Of a DNA stretch of 64,000 nt, positions 25,021-36,360 are shown piece after piece (position 1 is the first letter of the stretch; the number at the start of each line of letters is the position of its first letter). The notes beneath the pieces were generated by a model. That model saw nothing but the letters and a program-made list of their open reading frames with translations, had not been told where the DNA came from and searched no databases. This DNA comes from Macrostomum lignano (Eukaryota). Location of the stretch: the NCBI GenBank assembly GCA_002269645.1, contig NIVC01000661.1:1-64000 (forward strand), given 5' to 3'. A program made the translations under genes and the position numbers.

Positions 25021-28000
25021 GCTAAGACAGACGCTAAGACAAACAATAAGGCAGACACTAAGACAGACACTAAGACAGACGCTAAGACAAACAATAAGGC
25101 AGACACAAAGACCGACACAAAGACAGACACAAAGACAGACACAAAGACAGACACTAAGACAGACACTAAGACAGACACTAAGACAGACACAAAGACAGAC
25201 ACAAAGACAGACACTAAGACAGACACTAAGACAGACACTAAGACAGACACTAAGACAGACACTAAGACAGACACTAAGACAGACAATAAAGCAGACGCTA
25301 AGACAGACAATAAAGCAGACGCTAAGACAGACATTAAGACAGACGCTAGGACAGACACAAAGACAGACACAAAGACAGACACTAAGACAGACAATAAGGC
25401 AGACACTAAGACAGACACTAAAACAGACAATAAAGCAGACGCTAAGACAGACATTAAGACAGACGCTAGGACAGACACAAAGACAGACACAAAGACAGAC
25501 ACTAAGACAGACAATAAGGCAGACACTAAGACAGACACTAAGACAGACAATAAGGCAGACACTAAGACAGACACAAAGACAGACACTAAGACAAACATAA
25601 GGCGGACACTAAGACAGACACTAAGACAGACAATAAGGCAGACACTAAGACAGACACTAAGACAGACACTAAGACAGACAATAAGGCAGACACTAAGACA
25701 GACACAAAGACAGACACTAAGACAAACATAAGACAGACACTAAGACAGACACTAAGACAGACAATAAGGCAGACACTAAGACAGACACTAAGACAGACAC
25801 TAAGACAGACAATAAGGCAGACACTAAGACAGACACAAAGACAGACACTAAGACAAACATAAGGCAGACACTAAGACAGACACTAAGACAGACAATAAGG
25901 CATACACTAAGACAGACACTAAGACAGACACTAAGACAGACAATAAGGCAGACACTAAGACAGACACAAAGACAGACACTAAGACAAACATAAGGCAGAC
26001 ACTAAGACAGACACTAAGACAGACAATAAGGCAGACACTAAGACAGACACTAAGACAGACACAAAGACAGACACTAAGACAGACAATAAAGCAGACGCTA
26101 AGACAGACATTAAGACAGACGCTAGGACAGACACTAAGACAGACGCTAAGACAGACAATAAGGCAGACACTAAGACAGACACTAAGACAGACAATAAGGA
26201 AGACACTAAGACAGACACTAAGACAGACACTAAGACAGACACAAAGACAGACACTAAGACAAACATAAGGCAGACACTAAGACAGACACTAAGACAGACA
26301 ATAAGGCAGACACTAAGACAGACGCTAAGACAGACACTCCAAGAAAACCGCAGACTCAGATTAATCAGTTTGTGGCGGCGCAGTAGCTGCAGATCAAAGC
26401 TGCCGAACACAGAGTAGCCACAATCTAAGCGGCATAGCCAAAACTCCAAACTCCGCATCTGCACGGCGCAAGCCAAGCTGCGCAGCCAGCGCTCTGCAAT
26501 CAAGCGCATGTATCCAAGTGTCCGTTGAAAAGCGAAGCCTCTGAATGGTGGATCGAAGCTTAGTCAAGTGAAACAGCACCAAACTCGCACTTTGACCCAG
26601 TTGCGGACCCCTGTGCACACCGCCGCAGTTCGAGGCCTGAGGTGTATTGTATTAGCCTCATTTATCTTCATCTGCAAGTCTGACTTCCGCTTCAAGCTTT
26701 GCAAGTTGTGTTCTCAAGCCGCTTGAAGAAAATGCTAGAGTTATGACTAGCTGGTTTTGGTTGGGACTCCGCTGGCATTGTCCTTGAACTGGGCCTGTGC
26801 AGCGCTTCGGTGTGTGTGCTTTGATTGTATTCAGATTAACTTACCCTCTCATAGCTAAAGAGAAGTGGAAATATTATAGACCTCTGATAGATTTTGAGAT
26901 GGATCTTCGATAGATTTGAGATCGATCTCAGATAGATTTGAGATAGACCTCTGATAGATTTGAGATGGATCTCCGATAGATTTGAGATGGAACTCCAATA
27001 GATTTGAGATAGATCTCCGATAGATTTGAGATAGATCTCCGATAGATTTGAGATAGATCTCCGATAGATTTGAGATAGATCTTCAATAGATTTGAGATAG
27101 AGCTCCGATAGATTTTAGATAGATCTCAGGTAGGTTTGAGATAGATCTCAGGTAGATTTGAGATAGAGCTCCGATAGATTTTAGATAGATCTCAGTAGAT
27201 TTGAGATAAGATCTCAGGTAGATTTGAGATAGACCTCTGATAGATTTTAGATGGATCTCCGATAGATTTGAGATGGAACTCCAATAGATTTGAGATAGAT
27301 CTCCGATACATTTGAGATAGCTCTTCGATAGATTTGAGACAGATCTCCGATAGATTTGAGATAGATCTCAGGTAGATTTGAGATAGATCTCCGATAGATT
27401 TGAGATAGATCTCCGATACATTTGAGATAGCTCTTCGATAGATTTTAGATAGATCTCCAATAGATTTGAGATAGAGCTCCGATAGATTTTAGATATATCT
27501 CAGTAGATTTGAGATAAGATCTCAGGTAGATTTGAGATAGATCTTCAATAGATTTCGACAGATTGGAGACAAATCTCAGACAGATTCAGAACGATTTCTG
27601 TACGCAAACGCAACTAAAAGCAAACGATGGAGGAAAGAAAAGAGGAAGCAGACCAAAACAACAGCCGGCTGGTAAAGCATGTTTTCATAAACTGCCGGAA
27701 TTCAACGGCAAACTGAGGTGGCCAGCGTCCGCCCCGACACGAACTGACTGACGATGCAGACCTGGGCTGTGTTTGTCCGTTAAATAACTCCCCCAAGGTC
27801 TGGCTGCCGCTGTCTCGCTTGCCTCGGGAAAAGTTTTCCGGGCGCCGCAGGAGGAAAAACAGGAGAGGTGATTTGCTGCCAAATGTGTCAGAGGCTGTTT
27901 CTGTTTGCGCCAGGCAAACAGGGAAATGTCCGCGAGGGGAATTTAGTGACTCTCCTGGGGGACTACAGTTTATGATGTCCGCCTGGCTGCGGCTCCGGAA

Positions 28001-31000
28001 CCGGCTGTTCTTGAGTCTGCAGTCTAAATATCTAACTAATTAGAATTAAATACCTGTCTGGCTGTTCGCCTGTCTGCCCGTCTACCTGTCTGCCTGTCTG
28101 TCTATCTACCTGCCTGTCTTTCTACCTGTCTGCCTGTCTGTCTATCTACCTGCCTGTCTTTCTACCTGTCTGCCTGGTTATCTACCTGTCTGCCTGTCTC
28201 CCTGTCTGTCTATCTACCTGCCTGTCTGTCTGTCTATCTAACTGTCTGCCTAGTTGTCTGCCTGCCTGCCTGCCTGTCTACCTGTCTGCCTGTCTGTCTA
28301 TCTACCTGCCTGTCTTTCTACCTGTCTGCCTGATTATCTACCTGTCTGCCTGTCTCCCTGTCTGTCTATCTACCTGCCTGTCTGTCTGTCTATCTACCTG
28401 CCTGTCTGTCTGTCTATCTACCTGCCTGTCTGTCTGTCTATCTACCTGCCTGTCTGTCTGTCTATCTACCCGCCTGCCTAGTTATCTGCCTGCCTGCCTG
28501 TCTACCTGTCTGTCTATCTGCATATATTACCAGTCTATCTGTCTGCTCATCTGCCTGCCTATCTGTCTGTTCGCCTGTCTGCCTGTCTACCTTTCTGTTT
28601 ATTTATTTAAATGTACCTATTTACCTTTGTCTTATTTACTTACTTATACCAGTACAACTTACACTCTACCTACTTATCTACCCAGATATCTACCTGTCTG
28701 CGTATCTACTTTGCTATATACACGATTTATCCGTCTATCTCTTTATCTAGCATATATAATTCATATCAGTGTTATTCTCTGTCGAGCACCTGAGACATTC
28801 ACAGCTAATATTTGCTTGTTTTTATTCATGGGCCACCAATTAAATTGCTTGCATTCCACTCGACCGAACAGCGCAGAAAATTGCTTTTGATTTCTGCTTT
28901 GAAGCAGCAAATTTCAATTTGATATTTTGCTCTGTTTAAGGCGCAATTCACTGCTGGCTCTGGCTGCCTAATTGGACTCGCAGGTGCAGTCTCAGTCTGC
29001 GGCCCGATTTTCTCAAAGGAATGAATTCGATTCGATTCGGGCGCAAATCGTGCTCATGTGCGACTCTTGCAAGATTTCAAGCAGGAAAATATTACGACGC
29101 AAGATATAATGAAAAGACAAGACTCACAGAAAAATAGTGAAATATTTCCATTTATAAGCCAGGTGGTTAGATATAAATCACAATATTTCGACTTCAAATC
29201 CCAAATCCCAAGATTCAAATCCCAAATCCAAAGATTCTAACCCAAAATCCAAAGATTCTAACCCTAGATCCCAAGATTCTAACCCAAAATCCCAAGATTC
29301 TAACCCTAAATCCCAAGATTCTAACCCTAGATCCCAAGATTCTAACCCTTAAATTCCAAGATTCTAACCCTTAAATCCCAAGATTCTAATCCCAAATTCC
29401 AAGATTCAGATCCCAAATCCTAAGAGATCCCAAATCCAAAGATTCTAACCCACATCCAAAGATTCTAACCCAAAATCCCAAGATTCTAACCCTTAAATCC
29501 CAAGATTCTAATCCCAAGTCCCAAGATTCAGATCCCAAATCCCAAGAGATCCCAAATCCAAAGATTCTAACCCAAAATCCAAAGATTCTAACCCAAAATC
29601 CAAAGATTCTAACCCTAGATCCCAAGATTCTAACCCTTAAATCCCAAGATTCTAATCCCAAATCCCAAGATTCAGATCCCAAATCCCAAGATTCAAATCC
29701 CAAATCCAAAGATTCTAACCCAAAATCCCAAGATTCTAACCCTTAAATCCCAAGATTCTAATCCCAAATCCAAAGATTCTAACCCAAAATCCAAAGATTC
29801 TAACCCCTAAATCCCAAGATACTAACCCTAGATCCCAAGATTCTAATCCCTAAATTTCAAGATTCTAATCCCAAATTCCAAGATTCAAATCCCAAATCCT
29901 AAGATTATAACCCCAAATCCACAAACTAAGATCCCAAATCCCAAACCCCAGACAACAGCGATGACATTAATCTGTCCACAGCAACTCACCCAGGTTGAAG
30001 GCGTCAGCGTTGTTGCCGCACACCTGAGCCACGTCCGGGTTGGCTCGCCAGCCGGCAGCGTACAGCAGGCAGGACAGCAGAACGAACAGCGCTGAGGGAA
30101 ATTATTTAATGTGGGATTCTTTGTGTCACATCCTAAAACTTTTTTCAAAAACATACAGAAAAATATTACATTTCAAACTCTCGGTAGAAGATCTTAATCT
30201 CTCTGCAAAATATCTCAAACTCTCAGCAAAAGATCCCAACCTCTCTTCAAAAGATCCCAACCTCTCTTCAAAAGATCCCAACCTCTCTTCAAAAGATCCC
30301 AAGCTTCCTTTTTCCCCTTCATCCCAACACCCAGACCTGTCATCTCCAATTTTCCCACGGCGGCTCGTGCGAGTTAAAGGATCGAAGCTTTTTGGCCTCC
30401 TAAAATAAATTTGATCCCAAATTAAGAGTCAGGGGAGAGGATTATGATTAAGCAGTGGGTGTGCCATAACAGGCCGGATAATTATGTTACGTAATTTGGT
30501 ATTAAACGGATAGGCGCAGGCAGCAAAAATGAGTAGATGAGTAAAAGATGGGAAATGGCACAGAGAGCTCACTGCAGCATGTGAGGCCATTAAGGCTATA
30601 GTAAGGCTTGATGATGAACGCTGATGCAGCAGAGGCGAGCATAAAGATGAGTTAATTAACGACATTGTTGGCGTATAGTGCAGCATGCGAGCCATTGTTA
30701 TGCATTTACTGATTGTATTGTATTTTTTCTCTACAGTCAAATTTAATTATAAACTCAGGAACCTCATGGCGACGTCATAAAAACCCTGTACGGCTTTATT
30801 GAACCAATAATTTTTTTTTATTTAACCAATTATCAATGATAGTTCACATGAATGGCGCCCCATCAAATGAAATGGCGCCTCCATCAAATGAAATGGCGCC
30901 CCCAATTAATGAAATGGCGCCTCTGTCAAATGAAATGGCGCCCCCAATTAATGAAATGGCGCCTCTGTCAAATGAAATGGCGCCCCCATCAAGTAAAATG

Positions 31001-34000
31001 GCGCCTCTGTCAAAATGACATGGCGCCTCCATCAAATGAAATGGCACCCCCGAAATGCCGCCCCTGTCAAATGAAATGGCGCCTATATCAAATGAAATGG
31101 TGCTCCCATCAAATGAAATGGCGCCTATATCAAATGAAATGGCGCCCCATCAAATGAAATGGTGCTCCATCAAATGAAATGGCGCCTATATCAAATTAAA
31201 TGGTGCTCCCATCAAATGAAATGGCGCCTATATCAAATGAAATGGCGCCCCATCAAATGAAATGGTGCTCCCATCAAATGAAATGGCGCCTATATCAAAT
31301 TAAATGGTGCTCCCATCAAATGAAATGGCGCCTATATCAAATGAAATGGCGCCCCATCAAATGAAATGGTGCTCCCATCAAATGAAATGGCGCCTATATC
31401 AAATTAAATGGTGCTCCCATCAAATGAAATGGCGCCTATATCAAATGAAATGGCGCCCCATCAAATGAAATGGTGCTCCCATCAAATGAAATGGCGCCTA
31501 TATCAAATTAAATGGTGCTCCCATCAAAGGAAATGGCGCCTATATCAAATGAAATGGCGCCTATATCAAATGAAATGGTGCTCCCATCAAATGAAATGGC
31601 GCCTATATCAAATGAAATGGCGCCCCATCAAATGAAATGGTGCTCTCATCAAATGAAATGGCGCCTATATCAAATGAAATGCCGCCCCTGTCAAATGAAA
31701 TGGGAAGCTGAGTCGCAGGATTTTCAAATAAAAATTCTCATCTCATGCAAAGACACATTTTATTCTGAATTTCATTTGATAAAGTTTTCTAATGCAGGTA
31801 AGATAAGAAAGACTAATAAGCTTGGAACTCTGAAAAAACAACACTGAACTTCAATTCCATTGGGAATCTGGGATTAAATGGAAATCAATGAATATTTTCT
31901 GCAGCTAATTAGATAAAGGTAGTTCAAGCTGGATTAGAACAGAGTCCTAGGGCTAAGGCTAGTGCTAGGGTTAGGGTTTCCGAGTGATTTTCTCGAGAAA
32001 AAAGTTCAAACCTTCCTCGGCCGCATTAGTCACAGATATAGTACTACAGTACGTGCCCCCCCGTAGTTAAATTCGAAATCCGATATTTGCGAGGTTGTTT
32101 ATTCTATAGTTGGAATACTGGTGAGGAAATTGAAGGTCCCACGGTCCGCCAGACTCCTCCTTCATCTGGTTCGACCGGCGGAATCTGCAGTTCTTGGTGC
32201 GTGCGCCGCCCACCGTGCGATCGCTATTTAAAGAAAAAATTACACGGACGTAACTTTGAAAGCTGAGGAAGGACCAAATGAACCGATTTTTAAGTGGCTT
32301 CTTCAGGTTCCGAAGACGGGAAGTGAGTTTTTTCAAGTGACTGGAAAATAGAAGCTTTTAAATGTCAGTCAGTACTATAAAAATGTGGCTAAGTGCCCCT
32401 ATACCACAGTACAGGCAAGGGCATCTTCCTGACTGTAGCACAGGGGGGTCTGGAATAGCGCCGACCCGTCTTAGTATCTGGGAGGCTGGCCCAGCAACTG
32501 AGGATCTGGGAGGCTGGCCCAGCAACTGAGGATCTGGGAGGCTGGCCCAGCAACTGAGGATCTGGGAGGCTGGCCCAGCAACTGTGAATCTAGGAGGCTG
32601 GCCCAGCAACTGAGGATCTGGGAGGCTGGCCCAGAAACTGAGGATCTGAGAAGCTGGCCCAGCAAGTGAGGATCTGGGAGGCTGGCGCAGCAACTGAGGA
32701 TCTAGGAGGCTGGCTCAGCAACTGAGGATCTGGGAGGCTGGCTCAGCAACTGAGGATCTGGGAGGCTGGCTCAGCAACTGAGGATCTGGGAGGCTGGTGG
32801 CCCAGCAACTGAGGATCTGGGAGGCTGGCCCAGCAACTGAGGATCTGGGAGGCTGGCCCAGCAACTGAGGATCTGGGAGGCTGGTGGCCCAGCAACTGAG
32901 GATCTGGGAGGCTGGCCGAGAAACTGAGGATCTGGGAGGCTGGCCCAGCAACTGAGGATCTCGGAGGCTGGCCCAGCAACTGAGGATCTGGGAGGGTGGC
33001 CCAGCAACTGAGGATCTGGGAGGCTGGCCCAGTAACTGTGAATCTAGGAGGCTGGCCCAGTAACTGTGAATCTTGGAGGCTGGCCCAGCAACTGAGGATC
33101 TGGGAGGCTGGCCCAAAAACTGAGGATCTGAGAAGCTGGCCCAGCAATTGAGGATCTGGGAGGCTGGCCCAGCAACTGAGGATCTAGAAGGCTGGCCCAG
33201 AAACTGAGGATCTGAGAAGCTGGCCCAGCAACTGACATTCTGGGAGGCTGGCCCAGCAACTGAGGATCTGAAAGGACGACCCAGTACTGAGGATTTGGAA
33301 GAGTAGGTGGTACTACTTGAGAACCATTAGGATCATTAAAAATCGACGAAAAAACAACTCAGAGTCAGAGCTGAGTTTGGGTACGATTTTTTTAAAGTGC
33401 CACAGCCTGAGAAAGCAGCAGATCAGGCTGAGCATGCTGCGAGCTCACCGATGCTCCGTCATCTCATCGGCCCCTGCGTGGGTTTTTTATTTCAAGATTT
33501 CTTACACCAGCCTTGCAAACTAATTTTAAATATAACTTTAAAAACACGAATGAATGGAAGTTTCTAGGAAATAGTTGAACAAAATTCAGCCGACAGTTAA
33601 TTAACTGTCGCGGACTTAAAAAACGATTAAAAGGAAAAGCAAACCTTCACAAAAGATTAGATTGAAAAATGAGCTAGATACCTTTTTCACATGGAATTTC
33701 CGAAATCCCAGATCACAATTTCCCAAATCCCAGATCCCAATCCCATAAATCCCAGATCCCAATCCCATAAATCCCAGGTCCCAATCCCATAAATCCCAGA
33801 TCCCAATCCCATAAATCCCAGATCCCAATCCCATAAATCCCAGATCCCAATCCCATAAATCCCAGATCCCAATCCCATAAATCCCAGATCCCAATCCCAT
33901 AAATCCCAGATCCCAATCCCATAAATCCCAGATCCCAATCCCATAAATCCCAGGTCCCAATCCCATAAATCCCAGATCCCAATCCCATAAATCCCGGAAC

Positions 34001-35896
34001 CCATAAATCCCAGATCCCAATCCCATAAATCCCAGATCCCAATCCCATAAATCCCAGATCCCAATCCCATAAATCCCAGGTCCCAATCCCATAAATCCCG
34101 GAACCCATAAATCCCAGATCCCAATTCCATAAATCCCAGATCCCAATCCCATAAATCCCAGATCCCATAAATCCCAGATCCCATAAATCCCAGATCACAT
34201 AAATCCCAGATCCCATAAATCCCAGATCCCATAAATCCCAGATCCCATAAATCCCAGGTCTCATAAATCATAGATCCCAATCCTACAAATCCTTATCCTG
34301 AGATTTGAATAGGACTTTCTTAGAAATCCTAGTTTCCCCTAGATCCAAGGTGATCCCTAGAAATTGCATATCATCGAGCAATCGCAAAAATTGGCCAAAA
34401 CTCACAGCTGAACGCCTGGGCAACCCCGCAGATGGCCACCACCGACCGGATGCGCAGGATGAACAGCCGGAAGCCGGTGAAAGCCAGGAAGAAAGTCAAT
34501 AACAGCAGCAGGCAGCAGGCGGTGGCCATCAGGACGAAGGCCAGCTTCCACAGCGGGCTGGGGATCTCGGCGAAGTGGCGATAATGAGCGCAGTCCATCA
34601 CCAGACGGACCTGGGTGGGTTGAGCCAAGGTTGAGGATCGATCAATGTACATTGTATTGTACATTTTGGCTGTCAAATAACCTCGAGATTTTAAGTAGTA
34701 TCTGAATGACCTTGAAAGTTACAGTCAAGCCATAATAGCCCTGAAAGGGAATCTAACTACAGTTAGACGACCTTGAAATTTTGGGGTCTGAATTCAATTG
34801 ACCTTGAATGGATGGGGCCTGAATTTAAATGACCTTGAAATAATCGGGTCTGAAACCGAATGAAATTGGAAGGATGGGGTCTGAAATCAAATTACCTTGG
34901 AATCGGATGAATGGTTTTTGAATTAAAATGACCTTGAAAGAATGGGGTCTGAAATCAAATGACCTTCAAAAGGTACTGTGTGAGAAGTCAAATGACCTTG
35001 AAAGAATGGGTCGAAATCAAATGACTTTGAAAGAATGGGTCGAAGTTAAAGACCTTGAAAGAATGGGGTCTGAAATCAAATGACCTTCAAAAGGTAGTGT
35101 CGGAAGTCAAATGACCTTGAAAGAATGGGTCGAAGTCAAATGACTTTGAAAGAATGGGTCGAAGTTAAAGACCTTGAAAGAATGGGGTCTGAAATCAAAT
35201 GACCTTCAAAAGGTAGTGTCGGAAGTCAAATGACCTTGAAAGAATGGGTCGGAAGTCAAATGACCTTGAAGGAATGGGTCGAAGTTAAATGACCTTGAAA
35301 GAATGGGTCAAAGTCAAATGACCTTGAAAGAATGGGTCAAAATCAAATGACCTTGAAAGAATGAGATCGGATCTACCAAAATGGCATTGAAAGGTGACAC
35401 CAAAGTTATTCAGCTATTTTCTCGAAATTCCAAGCAAATAAAATTAAAACAAGCTCACCTGTCCATCAACCTGTCTAGGATAGGCGCACAGCCTGAACAG
35501 GCCCAAATCACTGAGCTGTTTTTTAACATTGCTGGCTTCCCGGCTGCCTTTGAGCCAGTAGGGCAGCAGGAAGCCGGCGGCGGTCATCATGCCGCCAACC
35601 CAGCACATGAACACCCAGCCGACCCACAGGCAGCGCAGGTTGAAGGCTGCCACGGCCGAAGCGGCGGCGTCTTTCGACGACAGTACGGCCACCATGTCGG
35701 AGCGCTGCTGACCACCGCTACTAGACGAACTCGCCGTGGCAGCAGCTTTGCGTCTCTCAAGAAGCTGGTCGGTCTTGCTGGATGCGGCTGCGGCTGCGGC
35801 CGCGGCGGCATCTGAGTAGCTCTCCATGGATTGGTGGCTGCGGTGATGAAGCGGCGGGCGTCCGTTTCCGTTTCCGTTGCATCCGTTTGAGCGCAT
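21086..35896 (-). CDS. LHFPL: LHFPL/TMHS-family tetraspan membrane protein, 4 exons, about 437 aa
   Basis: Exons 35896-35459, 34610-34406, 30091-29990, 21654-21086 have GT-AG junctions and matching phases. Family motifs: [65 protein letters not shown]. Confidence 0.9.
21690..22430. repeat. GGATCT(A/G)G 7-bp-based minisatellite
   Basis: Starts about 35 bp from the LHFPL exon-4 acceptor. Confidence 0.93.
23335..24210. repeat. About 18-bp minisatellite (AAAGATCCCAAATCCCG)
   Basis: Direct reading. Confidence 0.92.
24974..26338. repeat. GACA-derived 12-bp satellite (AGACAGACACTA)
   Basis: Source of the SVLV ORFs. Confidence 0.94.
26876..27560. repeat. 22-bp GATA-derived minisatellite (GATAGATTTGAGATAGATCTCC)
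   Basis: Direct reading. Confidence 0.92.
28053..28590. repeat. TGTC/TGCC/TATC compound satellite
   Basis: Direct reading. Confidence 0.88.
29200..29945. repeat. About 20-bp minisatellite (ATCCCAAGATTCTAACCC...)
   Basis: Ends about 45 bp from the LHFPL exon-3 donor; contains CTAACCC. Confidence 0.9.
30215..30302. repeat. 20-bp repeat (AAAGATCCCAACCTCTCTTC), about 4 copies
   Basis: Direct reading. Confidence 0.8.
30850..31702. repeat. 20/21-bp minisatellite (TCAAATGAAATGGCGCC...) with a 104-bp higher-order period
   Basis: The variant TCAAATTAAA recurs at 31191, 31295, 31399 and 31503. Confidence 0.92.
32478..33300. repeat. 28-bp minisatellite (GAGGATCTGGGAGGCTGGCCCAGCAACT)
   Basis: Direct reading. 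Confidence 0.93.
33704..34285. repeat. 22-bp minisatellite (CCCAATCCCATAAATCCCAGAT)
   Basis: GGG-rich on the LHFPL sense strand, about 120 bp downstream of the exon-2 donor. Confidence 0.93.
34706..35370. repeat. 28-31-bp degenerate minisatellite (GACCTTGAAAGAATGGGTC...) filling LHFPL intron 1
   Basis: Direct reading. Confidence 0.88.
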
Positions 35897-36085
35897 ATTG
35901 CGGTTTCACGCCGCAGCTCCGCTGTTAATTCTGGGAATTTGTTTTTGAGTACACACTTTTTGAGAGGCAAGATTAGTTTTTGATATTTTACAAAAAACTA
36001 TTAAGGCAAAAGGCTCAAACAGTTTCTCCATCAGGTTTTTAGAGGGAGAGCTCTAGAGATGACTGAAGGATCTAAACTACAGGGG

Positions 36086-36360
36086 TGATTCTTAAAGTGG
36101 TTGAGTCGGGGGCGATTCTCAAACTGGTTGAGTCAGAGGGCGATTCTCAAACTGGTTGAGTCAGAGAACGATTCTCAAACTGGTTGAGTCAGAGAGCGAT
36201 TCTCAAACTGGTTGAGTCAGAGGGCGATTCTCAAACTGGTTGAGTCAGAGAACGATTCTCAAACTGGTTGAGTCAGAGAGCGATTCTCAGAGTGGTTGAG
36301 TCAGAGGGCGATTCTCAAACTGGTTGAGTCAGAGGGCGATTCTCAGAGTGGTTGAGTCAC
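36086..36360. repeat. 28-bp minisatellite, about 10 copies, with TGAGTCA (AP-1) in 9 of them
   Basis: TGAGTCA at 36129+28n (9 sites) and at 36392; GC box at 36368. Confidence 0.92.

Noticed and set aside
31945-31980. Interstitial telomere
   Set aside because: Only about two perfect TTAGGG-like units; too short to call.
36086-36360. CRISPR-like array (palindromic 28-bp repeats; also 40083-40502)
   Set aside because: No unique spacers, no cas genes, and a eukaryotic context.
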